IMG/VR virus record: IMGVR_UViG_3300030330_006072
From: an uncultured virus (IMG/VR IMGVR_UViG_3300030330_006072)
Taxonomy: Duplodnaviria > Heunggongvirae > Uroviricota > Caudoviricetes
Reading direction: 5' to 3' (one strand)
Length of the DNA: 64,000 nucleotides
Positions 9,172 to 18,760 of the stretch are shown here, in pieces. The number at the start of each line of letters is the position of its first letter. Positions within the stretch are counted from its first letter, which is position 1. The translations under genes and the position numbers were made by a program. The notes under the pieces are model-generated. The model worked only from the letters and a program-made list of their open reading frames with translations, did no database searches and was not told where the DNA came from.

Positions 9172-9846
9172 ATGCAAATTATTGGATCGGGTAGTCCTCC
9201 CCCAGTAGGATTTCAACAACCTAAAAACCTCTATAGATTCGGTGAAACGGCTCTATGGTCTACACAACTCCTTGCAGCAAGTTCAGTAATTGCAAACGGT
9301 AGTTATCGCCTTTTCACGACTCCTAGAGGTCAAAACGGTCAAGGCTTCTCGGCTACTCCGCTAACCATCGCTGAAACTAGCATCAAAGAAGGCGGAAGAG
9401 TACCTTCTGGAGCCGCATACGACGTATACGGTATCGCATGTCAATTGGGATTTGCTGATGGAAACACTGAAAGCACTTTCAAGTTTGACCAACCAGTTAA
9501 TACCGATGCTGAAATCGCACAGCTACTAAATCTGCATAATAACGGTACGCTAGCGTGGGATTTTCTGCAAACAATCGTCGATATAGCTCCTATTTCGGTG
9601 ATTGGTGGTGGAGGGGGCCTCTATGGTTCCGTTACTACGGGAAATGCGGCCGATTCTGGTCACATGAATCATGGTGCGGGAAGCATCTGGCTTTACCGCA
9701 AACATCCTGTAAGTTTGCCGGGTGGGTCGCAATTCTCGGTGCTTTTGAGATTCGGTTCTAAGGCTGCTGACATCGCTGCGGGTAATGCTGCATTTGTTAA
9801 GGTCATTCTTTACGGATTCTACAAAAACGTAGTAGAAATAGGATAA
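9172..9846 (+). CDS. Candidate major capsid protein (single jelly-roll size, beta-rich)
   Basis: 224 aa with alternating hydrophobic strands; RBS ggag; follows the core-like gene and precedes a terminator; fold not verified. Confidence 0.5.
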   Translation: MQIIGSGSPPPVGFQQPKNLYRFGETALWSTQLLAASSVIANGSYRLFTTPRGQNGQGFSATPLTIAETSIKEGGRVPSGAAYDVYGIACQLGFADGNTESTFKFDQPVNTDAEIAQLLNLHNNGTLAWDFLQTIVDIAPISVIGGGGGLYGSVTTGNAADSGHMNHGAGSIWLYRKHPVSLPGGSQFSVLLRFGSKAADIAAGNAAFVKVILYGFYKNVVEIG

Positions 9847-9882
9847 TTGTTTTAATAACTTTTTATCTAACTTTGTTATAAT

Positions 9883-9914
9883 AAGGGCAGCAGAAAATTA
9901 CTGCTGCCCTTTTT
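9883..9914 (+). terminator. Rho-independent terminator
   Basis: aagggcagcag-aaaatta-ctgctgccctt plus Ts; TGtTATAAT extended -10 immediately upstream (9874-9882). Confidence 0.8.
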
Positions 9915-9934
9915 GCTAAGAATCCGAGAGAGAT

Positions 9935-10543
9935 ATGTATAAAAAAAATAATTACGGTGGATATCCTGTTCCTCAACAGGCTTATGATAATGGAATGGGT
10001 ACGTCGGCCAGAGTACAGATGCCTACGTCTCAAGATATGGGCGGGACTTCTCCCGATGCCCCCGCCTTTGTTCGTGCTCCTTATTACCCTACTGCTCCTT
10101 TTTACAGTACAAACCCAAATGTAGGTTATCAAACTCGCTTTTATAGTACTGGTTTGATCTCGACCGATTCGGACTATACGGTAAACAGTGAGGCGATACG
10201 GACAGTTCAATTTGATCTTCCATGTCGATTGATTGCTATAAATGCAACCGTACAAACAACGGATGGGAATATTGCTCGAATCACTGGTAACCCTAGGGAT
10301 TTGTTTCTAATTTCCTTGCAATATACAACAGGCGATCAAATACTTGTGGGATCTCGACTTGGTAGTACCGTTTGTGGTACGAATGAAGGCTCTCAAGGAG
10401 AATTGGGAGGCACTGGTTACAATATAAACACTGGAGCTTCTTTAACGGTCGGTCTAACACCTCTATTTACTGATTTGAGAATAGATGTTGTGCTTGTATG
10501 TCTGGAAATGAGAGGCGCATCTAACTACGTCACAAATCGGTAG
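9935..10543 (+). CDS. Candidate capsid or minor capsid protein (beta-rich)
   Basis: 202 aa, flexible N-terminus then a beta-strand pattern; adjacent to the candidate MCP. Confidence 0.5.
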   Translation: MYKKNNYGGYPVPQQAYDNGMGTSARVQMPTSQDMGGTSPDAPAFVRAPYYPTAPFYSTNPNVGYQTRFYSTGLISTDSDYTVNSEAIRTVQFDLPCRLIAINATVQTTDGNIARITGNPRDLFLISLQYTTGDQILVGSRLGSTVCGTNEGSQGELGGTGYNINTGASLTVGLTPLFTDLRIDVVLVCLEMRGASNYVTNR

Positions 10544-10548
10544 AGATC

Positions 10549-11130
10549 ATGCAGTTTAAACATTCGGGATTCATACCCAACGATCCAAACAACAACAATT
10601 ACATGAGGAATCCGAATGGCACAATGCCATTTCCGAGTCCTTCCTCTATGCCTGTTGGATTGTGGGATGGTGGAAAGCGAATATTGACTCCCCAAACAGC
10701 AGCGGGAACCGCTTGGAAGAATGCCACATGGAAAAGTCCTCTCTTTGATCTTCGTCCAGATTTGCGGAGCACTGGAACAGGTGGTCAAGCAAAGGGAATT
10801 CCGATTTGGCGATCTTCTGGAATGGGTGCGGGTGGTAAACTTTGGCTCATTGTATCGGGACTTAGAGATACAGCAAATGCATGTAACTCTTTAGATGTAG
10901 AGTTCAGAGAGTTTTGTAGTCCAAACAGGCCAGAACAATTATTGCAAGTAACAGATCCAATTGATGTGTCAGACTCCTTTGTAAATACCGAGCGCAACGC
11001 TACTTTGTTAGAGTTTTATGCAGTCGGGTCGGGTGTACCGATAAGATACTGGCAAATTGAATTGTTCTTCGAGTGGAATGAGGTTTTGGCGGCAACACCC
11101 CAATTCACAATCTTCTCAGCGTACTACTAG
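10549..11130 (+). CDS. Putative virion structural protein (beta-rich)
   Basis: 193 aa, in the same operon. Confidence 0.5.
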   Translation: MQFKHSGFIPNDPNNNNYMRNPNGTMPFPSPSSMPVGLWDGGKRILTPQTAAGTAWKNATWKSPLFDLRPDLRSTGTGGQAKGIPIWRSSGMGAGGKLWLIVSGLRDTANACNSLDVEFREFCSPNRPEQLLQVTDPIDVSDSFVNTERNATLLEFYAVGSGVPIRYWQIELFFEWNEVLAATPQFTIFSAYY

Positions 11131-11138
11131 GAGTCGTT

Positions 11139-11531
11139 ATGGGTGTTGTACGTAATAACGCAATTGGAAACTTTAGTGTTTCATCGGCTGCTTTGTCAAG
11201 GCAATTCACTATTGCAGCATTAGCGGGTGGAGCGACGTTTACGTCTAGTGGGCTTCTCGTTCAAGGACTTCCACGAATACAGATACAAGCTGCATCCAAC
11301 GGAGCCAGTGTTAATGCGGTAGAAGTAACGCTTCAAGGAGCGATAACGCAAAGCGGAACCGCACCAGAGTTTTTTGATATAGGTAAATTTGTATTGGTGA
11401 CTGGAGCCGCAGCACCAAGTTTATTTTTTGAATATAACGCAGCAGTCGAATTTATACGTGTTGTATGCAGTAACACCTCCGCAATTGGTGCATCAGCAGA
11501 TTTTAAAATACGATTGATGGCATGTCAATAA
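11139..11531 (+). CDS. Putative virion structural protein (small beta-sandwich)
   Basis: 130 aa, A/G/S-rich beta pattern; RBS aggag. Confidence 0.5.
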   Translation: MGVVRNNAIGNFSVSSAALSRQFTIAALAGGATFTSSGLLVQGLPRIQIQAASNGASVNAVEVTLQGAITQSGTAPEFFDIGKFVLVTGAAAPSLFFEYNAAVEFIRVVCSNTSAIGASADFKIRLMACQ

Positions 11532-11543
11532 GAGAGTGATAAA

Positions 11544-12392
11544 ATGGCAGCGAAAAAGAAGAAAGCAGCCCCCAAAAAGAAAGTAACCAAAGCAAAAATA
11601 AGTGCTTCATTGGCGAAAAAGTTAGTCAAAAGAGCTTTAAAAGATGGTGTTGTTATAACAAACAAGTCTGGCAAGGGATGGAAGACCAAAAGAGCACAAG
11701 GTGTAGCATGGTTGAAAAAACAACCCGACGAGCGAAAAACGACCAAAGGAACGTTGGGTGTGTATTGGTCTTTAGACAATTTCAAGATTCTTGCCGCTGC
11801 ATTCGCAAAAGATAAAGCGGGTGCGCCCCTTGTGGCTCGCAAAAAGCGTCCTCAAAGTCCGTATAGTGTAGGTAGAAGGAGAGCACAAAAATCCTCTAAA
11901 AAGTCCGCTACTGGCGCAGTAATGGGTCACAAGACTAAAATCTTTGTTGTTCTTAAGAAAGTCGGAGACAAGCCAGAAACCGTAATGGGTGCATATCCTT
12001 CGAAAACTGCTGCAAAGATAGCGGGAAGAAATCTCTTGGCTTCCATTGCAAAGGCATACAATCCTTTTATTCCATCCTCAGTAGGTGCGGAAAAGACAAC
12101 TCCCGCAAGAGGAAAGCATTTTGCTATAGGCCGATTGCAAGTTGGCACATGGCCCAAAGGTAAAGATACTCTAAAGATAAAGAATACTGGAGGAAGCGGA
12201 AAGGCCCTAGATTATTTACTGGATACTGGAGTTTTGGAAAAGAGCAAAAAGAAGAATATAGAAGTCAAAATTGTTACCGTTAATTTAAACGGAAATAATG
12301 AAAAAGATAAAAAGTACAGAGCGTACTTTGAGCTTTATAACTCTCCTGTTTACGGAAACCTTAGATGGAATCCCAAGAAACGTAGAAGATAA
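11544..12392 (+). CDS. Lys/Ala-rich basic protein, putative DNA-binding core protein
   Basis: Starts MAAKKKKAAPKKK; ends WNPKKRRR. Confidence 0.65.
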   Translation: MAAKKKKAAPKKKVTKAKISASLAKKLVKRALKDGVVITNKSGKGWKTKRAQGVAWLKKQPDERKTTKGTLGVYWSLDNFKILAAAFAKDKAGAPLVARKKRPQSPYSVGRRRAQKSSKKSATGAVMGHKTKIFVVLKKVGDKPETVMGAYPSKTAAKIAGRNLLASIAKAYNPFIPSSVGAEKTTPARGKHFAIGRLQVGTWPKGKDTLKIKNTGGSGKALDYLLDTGVLEKSKKKNIEVKIVTVNLNGNNEKDKKYRAYFELYNSPVYGNLRWNPKKRRR

Positions 12393-14626
12393 TGATACAA
12401 GTACCCGATTATATACCAGAGACAAGGCGACAATCAGCCGAGAGTGCCTATGTCTTCCCTTCTAAGAAGAGTTTTCCTATTGGAGACTTATTTCACGCTA
12501 GACTCGCTCTAATCTATGCATTAAGCCCTTCGCACAAAGCGCAAAGGACTAGGATAGTTAAGGCAGTAAAGGATCTGTGGGGTCGGTATGATTGGGCATC
12601 GTGGTGGAACAATACCCAAGAGCACATAAGCGGGGATGTTCCTTCATGGAATACAATTTTAAAACGTAAAAATCCGAGTGAGGACATATCAATGGCAAGC
12701 GGATCACAAATTTTAGCAACCCTAAAAGAATTGCGAAAAGAAATAAAAAAGTACAAGACTGAAAAGGCCCAAATAAAGGCTTTACAGTCCGCTTTTAATC
12801 AAATGGATCATCCTTTTCCCCCTATCAAAAAATCTCATAGAACCGATATGGGAGCGATCAGATCCTACTTATTTGAAGAGTCTCCTATAGGAGACGTAGT
12901 ATTTTTATCTTTCTCTGATAAAAGCCAGAAGCCTAAAGTATGGTCTTTGGCCGAGGGATACGATGGAAAGACCGATTTCATGCTTGAAAATGATTTTGGC
13001 AACATGTACAAACATGTACCAGACAGCAAGATCGTAGAGTATTTCTCTATGTCGAATCCGCACTGCTTCCCCAAAGACAATCCACCTTCTATAATGCTTT
13101 ATAAAAACCCACCAAAACAGATAAAATCTTATGAAGATTTTTTGATGGAAGCATCAGAGAGTGGAAAGATGTTTGCGGGTGCATCCATCATTATTACTGA
13201 TGATGAAGGGATTAAAGAGCTTGATTTCAATGGTGGTGTGTCGCCTGTTACGGCTCCAATTGCATATTTTGTGGAATTAAACTCAGATGCGACTTTGGTT
13301 GGAGAAATAGGCGATCTTAATTCTCTTCAAGGGGATTTCACAAAACTGTATGATGCAGCTAAAAATTACCTTAAAGCCATCCCCAAGAGAGTTACAGCGA
13401 CCCCCAAAACGATAGTTGTTCCTCCAAAGCCTTCTAAAAAGCCATCTTCAATAGACTTTGTAGCAGCCTTAAAAGAAAGTGCTGATAAAGGAAAATTAAC
13501 AGTCAGCTTTAAAATGGCCGATATAGAAACGCTATCTCAAGCCGACCAGAAGACGATAACAGATGCACTCCTTACACAAATCGGACAGTCGGGTCAAAAG
13601 TTTTCAATGGGGCTTATCAACGCATATCTAAAGGATCTAAAAGCCAAAGCCAAAGCAGCCAAAAGCAAAGCCGCAGCAGAGGCTAAACGTCTTGCAGAGG
13701 CTAAAAAGATCAAGGAAGCAGAGGCTAAGAAGAAGAAGGCAGCAGAGGCTAAAAAGAAGAAGGAAGCAGAGGCTAAGAAGAAGAAGGAAGCAGAGGCTAA
13801 GAAGAAGAAGGCCAAAGCGACCACAACATCCAAAAAGAAAGCTAAGAGCTTTGAAGAGTTGGTCAGAGACTTTGCAAGCAAAATCACTGCGGACAAAGTA
13901 CCGCCTATGTCCAAAGAATTAAAAGACTGGATACAGCAAAACGGACAGATGGTAATAGATATGGGAGCAGTCAAGCCAGATCAAGCTTTGGTTGCTTGGC
14001 CCAAACAACTCGATAAGATCGATGGCCCAAAAATTACTCTCTTTCCAGATGATATCGAAAAAGTAGCAGAAGTGGAAGAGTTTTTTACAGACACGGACAT
14101 TGGACTTCCTGTTGTTATACGAACAGCACTTACAGCCCAAATTGATCCACAAACTCTACTAATTTTTCCATTAAAAAAAAACCCTAGTTACAAACAGAGG
14201 GCTTATGTTTACCCAATGAGCGTAGACAATCACAACCATGATTATTACGAATATGGAATGTACAAACAAAATCCCTCCGAACCAGATGCGTCTTTTAAAC
14301 TTCCAAGGCAAGTTTTAGAAATAACCCAAAAACCAATAGACAAAGATGTTTATGATTATTTTGGTAGCATTTATAATTATCCTTACTATCTAGGAAAACT
14401 TAAGAAAAGCACAAAAAGAAAGAAAGCAAAAATGGTCAAAAAGATCAAAAAAGTACTTCAAGTGCTTGAAAGTGCTATTACTCTTGCAAATGACAAAACG
14501 GTTCCCGAATTAGAGGTTCGATTCGAAGAGTACGTTCAAAAAGAAGGGCCGTATAAGTTCCCCAAAAAGGAAAAGTCAAATCCTTATGATCGTCGTGCTT
14601 ATCGGATGCACACTCGCTATTACTAG
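12392..14626 (+). CDS. Multidomain protein: DUF6582-like N-terminus, EAKKKK repeats, several NP motifs
   Basis: AYVFPSKKSFPIGDLFHARLAL; 21-nt tandem repeats at about 13718-13812; KNP/SNP/DNP/QNP sites between domains. Confidence 0.7.
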   Translation: MIQVPDYIPETRRQSAESAYVFPSKKSFPIGDLFHARLALIYALSPSHKAQRTRIVKAVKDLWGRYDWASWWNNTQEHISGDVPSWNTILKRKNPSEDISMASGSQILATLKELRKEIKKYKTEKAQIKALQSAFNQMDHPFPPIKKSHRTDMGAIRSYLFEESPIGDVVFLSFSDKSQKPKVWSLAEGYDGKTDFMLENDFGNMYKHVPDSKIVEYFSMSNPHCFPKDNPPSIMLYKNPPKQIKSYEDFLMEASESGKMFAGASIIITDDEGIKELDFNGGVSPVTAPIAYFVELNSDATLVGEIGDLNSLQGDFTKLYDAAKNYLKAIPKRVTATPKTIVVPPKPSKKPSSIDFVAALKESADKGKLTVSFKMADIETLSQADQKTITDALLTQIGQSGQKFSMGLINAYLKDLKAKAKAAKSKAAAEAKRLAEAKKIKEAEAKKKKAAEAKKKKEAEAKKKKEAEAKKKKAKATTTSKKKAKSFEELVRDFASKITADKVPPMSKELKDWIQQNGQMVIDMGAVKPDQALVAWPKQLDKIDGPKITLFPDDIEKVAEVEEFFTDTDIGLPVVIRTALTAQIDPQTLLIFPLKKNPSYKQRAYVYPMSVDNHNHDYYEYGMYKQNPSEPDASFKLPRQVLEITQKPIDKDVYDYFGSIYNYPYYLGKLKKSTKRKKAKMVKKIKKVLQVLESAITLANDKTVPELEVRFEEYVQKEGPYKFPKKEKSNPYDRRAYRMHTRYY

Positions 14627-14645
14627 AGTTTAATATAAGACAATA

Positions 14646-14683
14646 TGATATAATCAAGCTATGAAAAACTCATAGCTTTTTTT
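14646..14683 (+). terminator. Extended -10 promoter overlapping a terminator-like hairpin
   Basis: TGaTATAAT then aagctatga-aaaac-tcatagctt plus T-tract. Confidence 0.6.
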
Positions 14684-14695
14684 ATAGGTAAAGAT

Positions 14696-17260
14696 ATGAA
14701 TCTCAAACAAGCACTACGACAATATGAAGAGGTGAAGAGAACCACCAACCCAAAAGCAGTCCAGATGGGACTTCCTTTTAAGGATTCTCTACCACAATCA
14801 GATATCACTATAATAAACGCTCTATCGGAGCGTTTTAAGAGCCTATCTAATATCTCTAGTGTAAAGCCTGTTCTGGTGTCCAAGACAGCGACAACGACCC
14901 AACAGTACCGATCACAAGCTCCAGAAAAGTATCGTTTGGCGGTAGAAAAGAAGTTTGGAGATCAATTCGATTTCAAAATTGGTACATACGTTCTTTACCG
15001 AGTACAACACTACTTTGGAAATAGTCAGAGTCCAGAAGAATGGGAAATTGTCGATAGGGCCAAGGTTCCTTCTGATGGAACGCTTAGAGAGAGAAGATCC
15101 ACATACAACAAGGACGTGAGTTATTGGGAGCCTTCCTATTTATATCAGATCACTTACATAGGGGCCTATAAAAAAGACAACCAGAACCAGTATCAAGCCA
15201 TGTACGACAGCAAGAGATCGCCCCAAATGAAGGATTTAAAAGAGTTGGGCTTTAGTGTTGAATTTGGCAATTGGCCCACCAAGGCGGAGATCCGTAAACA
15301 GTATAAAAAGGCTTCTTTTAAACATCATCCCGATCGAGGCGGAAAGCAAGAAAAGTTTGTAGCCATAGGAGAAGCATATAGACGTTTAAAGGAGGCTGTA
15401 GCACCAAAGCCCGACGCATACAGCTTTAGACTTACAAGGGCCTTTGACGACATATATACGGACGATATAGACTACAATCCTAAAACGATAATGATAGGGG
15501 GGGATTATATAAAGGGTGAAGGGGGGGTATTTGTTGGTAAAAAGGCTTTTACTCGCTATGAATTAGAAGAAGGATTGGATAAAGGATTCGAAGATAAAAA
15601 AATAATCCGAGGTATGACGATATATAACGGCCTTTTCCAATTCTTATCTAGTGAAGCTCGTTCGATTGAACAATTCGAAGACATCTTAGAGCGCAGTAAA
15701 AACAGGATGCTGTCTTTGGAGAATGAACGCTTAGAGAAAATACGTCTTGAGGAAGAGGAAGAGGCAAGAAAGATTCGAGAAATAGGCAATACATTGGAGC
15801 AATTGATTCGTGAAGTATTCCCACCAAATACAAGCAATTACAGCATTCCATATAAGCGTATTAAGACAAACGTTGGAAAGTTTTTCCAACGTCTCTTAAG
15901 CAAGGTATACAAAGTAAAGATGGAAGTAAAGCCGTATTTAAAATATGACAGCACTATAATCGAGGTGACTTTTTATCCTTTGTCTTTGGAAGACAACCTA
16001 ATTCGAGGACATGAAAAAATAACGATAAAACCCAAGAATAAAAAAATAAATTTGGTGGATTTAAAGACCAATAAAACAATCGTTTCGATGCCAAGTCCCT
16101 ATGATATATCGGTGAGTAGTAGTTTTAATGATTCTAAATTCCATTGGGTGTATATCGCCAAATACAATTTTGAAAAAAAGAAGTTTGAGGCAAAATTCAA
16201 GCATGATGACTATCAAGATAAGATGGATCTCCAACAGGTGATAGACAAAGCGGATGAGATTTTAAAAGCAGACAAGAGCCATAAATATAAAGACGATCAA
16301 GTTTTATTTCGTTTGAAAAGTCGATACTATACGTCTCTTGCAGAAATAAAAAAAAGGTTACTTCCAATAACGGACATTCTACGAGGAGAATATGAAATTC
16401 AAGAACACCACCCAACGGACGAAGAAAAAGGACTAACAGACAGCAACAGCAAACTAAAACGTGAGTATCCCTCTGAAATTGAAGTCAAAGCACTATCCTA
16501 CGAAGTACGTCTAAATCCCAAATATAACGAATCGTTTAAAGAGGCTGTTTATGCTGCCTCTTCTCCTAGGGGAAAAGAACAAGAATATCGCTTGCCCCCC
16601 GATGAGGTTTTCAAAACAGCATCCATTATTAAAAAGTTCTCGCAAACGAGAAAAAAGGATACTTCTGTAAAGGATAATGAGTTGGCCCGACTCAAAGAAG
16701 TACAAAATCTTTACCCCAAATATCCAGAACAATCCGATATTTGGAAAGATGTTGAAGTAGGAGAGTTATTTTTGTATCTGGATGGACTGGATATAAACAT
16801 CGGAAAGGTAACAGGGAAACAGTCGTTTAGGGCTTACAGTCTATTTGACATCTCTTCTACCGAGCAGAAACGATTAAATCACAAAGGCATACAATACTTT
16901 AGATGGAGTCCTTATGGGTATTTAGGTGCTGCAACAAGCATGTTCGAAATGCTTTTAGATACGTTCTTAGAACCTTCTATTGAGGTGAACCCTAAGACAA
17001 TTGCCTATCCGTATTTTATATGGAACCGAGACAATCGGGATTATTACGGTGCATCCCTTGTTTTGTTCATCCTCAAAAAAATGGGTGTATTGATTGATAA
17101 GGACTGGAATTTTGCAATTTACCGATGGGATGGTCGAGACTTTTCTACGATAAGACTAGGCTCTTTCAAAGATGCAACCTCCTTAAAAAAGAGTACGCAA
17201 CGCACCTTAACAAAACATATTGAAACCCTATCAAATACATATAGGAAAAAAGTATTATGA
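14696..17260 (+). CDS. Large protein with shared tag and an internal J-domain
   Basis: DITIINALSERFKSL (aa 36-50); AEIRKQYKKASFKHHPDRGGKQEKFVAIGEAYRRL. Confidence 0.8.
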   Translation: MNLKQALRQYEEVKRTTNPKAVQMGLPFKDSLPQSDITIINALSERFKSLSNISSVKPVLVSKTATTTQQYRSQAPEKYRLAVEKKFGDQFDFKIGTYVLYRVQHYFGNSQSPEEWEIVDRAKVPSDGTLRERRSTYNKDVSYWEPSYLYQITYIGAYKKDNQNQYQAMYDSKRSPQMKDLKELGFSVEFGNWPTKAEIRKQYKKASFKHHPDRGGKQEKFVAIGEAYRRLKEAVAPKPDAYSFRLTRAFDDIYTDDIDYNPKTIMIGGDYIKGEGGVFVGKKAFTRYELEEGLDKGFEDKKIIRGMTIYNGLFQFLSSEARSIEQFEDILERSKNRMLSLENERLEKIRLEEEEEARKIREIGNTLEQLIREVFPPNTSNYSIPYKRIKTNVGKFFQRLLSKVYKVKMEVKPYLKYDSTIIEVTFYPLSLEDNLIRGHEKITIKPKNKKINLVDLKTNKTIVSMPSPYDISVSSSFNDSKFHWVYIAKYNFEKKKFEAKFKHDDYQDKMDLQQVIDKADEILKADKSHKYKDDQVLFRLKSRYYTSLAEIKKRLLPITDILRGEYEIQEHHPTDEEKGLTDSNSKLKREYPSEIEVKALSYEVRLNPKYNESFKEAVYAASSPRGKEQEYRLPPDEVFKTASIIKKFSQTRKKDTSVKDNELARLKEVQNLYPKYPEQSDIWKDVEVGELFLYLDGLDINIGKVTGKQSFRAYSLFDISSTEQKRLNHKGIQYFRWSPYGYLGAATSMFEMLLDTFLEPSIEVNPKTIAYPYFIWNRDNRDYYGASLVLFILKKMGVLIDKDWNFAIYRWDGRDFSTIRLGSFKDATSLKKSTQRTLTKHIETLSNTYRKKVL

Positions 17261-18738
17261 AACAGGAAGAATTTTTAATTATTAATGCTTTAGAAGATCG
17301 CTTTGAAGCGATCAATAAGGCTAAACTATTAGATAAACCTCCAGTTGAAAAGGATGCAGTATACGAGGAATACACGCTTCTTGGTCAATATGGAACATAC
17401 AAAGGCCGTACCGTAAGAATAGTTAGAGTACTTCCAGAGAAAGAGTCTATTCGTATTTCTAGGGATAAAGACGACAGTAAGCTTATATCTCTCGATGATG
17501 TCGATTTTAAGCTACGTAAGCCCGATGGCCGCTTCAGTCACTTCTGGTACATTTGGAAGCAGTCTAAGGGCAAGTATGGCCTTTCAATCGGACATCCAAC
17601 AGTGGGAACAAGTAAGGTGCAAGCATTAGGAGCCGACAAGGACGATATAGAGGCTTTTATTGGACAGGAAGTATCGCCCGATCAAATAATCAATTTGACA
17701 AAAGATCGCTTCTACTATCGTCCAGTGGGTGAACTATACGGAGCCGAGTTATCCGAATTTTTTAGTCCTTTCTATCTTAAAACGCTTCCCGATTCAGTGT
17801 GGGGAAAAACCAAAAAGGAGGCCCCAAAGAAGACCACCAAGAAGGCCCCAAAGAAATCCATTGCAGTAGAAGACAGCAGCAAAAACTTGAGTATTTATGA
17901 GTACAAGTCAGATGAAAGGACTCGACTAGACTCTTTTGAGGATTTCTTAAAATCATTGCAAAAGTTACCTACTCGTATTGCTTTTGTGTACAAGTCCCCT
18001 ATTGGGTACTTCGTCATAGTTACAGAATATTTGGGAGGTGCTGTACCAAGCAAAAAGAGTCAGAAGAGTATAGAAAACAGCTTATCCCTTACATCTATGT
18101 ACATAGAGGACTTATTGTCTCATATAGGAGGACGTGTCTTAGTTGTGTCTAATGCTATTGTTTCCATAAATAAATCCAAAAAGACAATGGAGACTGTATT
18201 TTTTTCCAATTTAAAGTTTACGAATAAAGTTGGAATTAAAGCCATACAAGATAATGTCAAACCCTTGATGGATCTTTTTTGGTCACGCTATACTTCTTCC
18301 GAAATCATAAGTCAAATCCCTCAAACTAAAAAGAGGACACAAAGTAGATTCAAGAATTGGTCTGTATTTCCTGTAAAACAAAATGTCGTTCAAAGAAAAT
18401 TCTTTATCGTTATGATAACAAGAGCAGAAGCCAAGAAATACCCTAGCACCGAAGATAAAAGGGTAGAATTGTTGAAATTGGCAAGGAAAAACAAGATACT
18501 CAAATCCGTTAATGATGCATTAATTCAGATTGTTATTTTAAGACCAAAGAGCCGAAGAGGAAATGCAATAACGAATAAATATGAACATCTATCTTGGTTG
18601 TTATTCACACTTAGAAGGGAAGCTGGCCGTCTTACCGTATCGGAAGCAACATTTCTAGGTATTTCTAATGCAGAAAAAACAGAACTTGTTGAGTATGTAT
18701 GGAAACAGTTAGAAAAAATCGACAAAGAAATACCATAG
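17257..18738 (+). CDS. Hypothetical protein with N-terminal shared tag
   Basis: Starts MKQEEFLIINALEDRFEAINKAK; internal KKAPKK linker. Confidence 0.8.
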   Translation: MKQEEFLIINALEDRFEAINKAKLLDKPPVEKDAVYEEYTLLGQYGTYKGRTVRIVRVLPEKESIRISRDKDDSKLISLDDVDFKLRKPDGRFSHFWYIWKQSKGKYGLSIGHPTVGTSKVQALGADKDDIEAFIGQEVSPDQIINLTKDRFYYRPVGELYGAELSEFFSPFYLKTLPDSVWGKTKKEAPKKTTKKAPKKSIAVEDSSKNLSIYEYKSDERTRLDSFEDFLKSLQKLPTRIAFVYKSPIGYFVIVTEYLGGAVPSKKSQKSIENSLSLTSMYIEDLLSHIGGRVLVVSNAIVSINKSKKTMETVFFSNLKFTNKVGIKAIQDNVKPLMDLFWSRYTSSEIISQIPQTKKRTQSRFKNWSVFPVKQNVVQRKFFIVMITRAEAKKYPSTEDKRVELLKLARKNKILKSVNDALIQIVILRPKSRRGNAITNKYEHLSWLLFTLRREAGRLTVSEATFLGISNAEKTELVEYVWKQLEKIDKEIP

Positions 18739-18760
18739 CAAGATATAGGAAAAAAGTATC

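Noticed and set aside
13678..13830. EAKKKK repeats as a TolA or histone H1 homologue
   Set aside because: Low-complexity similarity only
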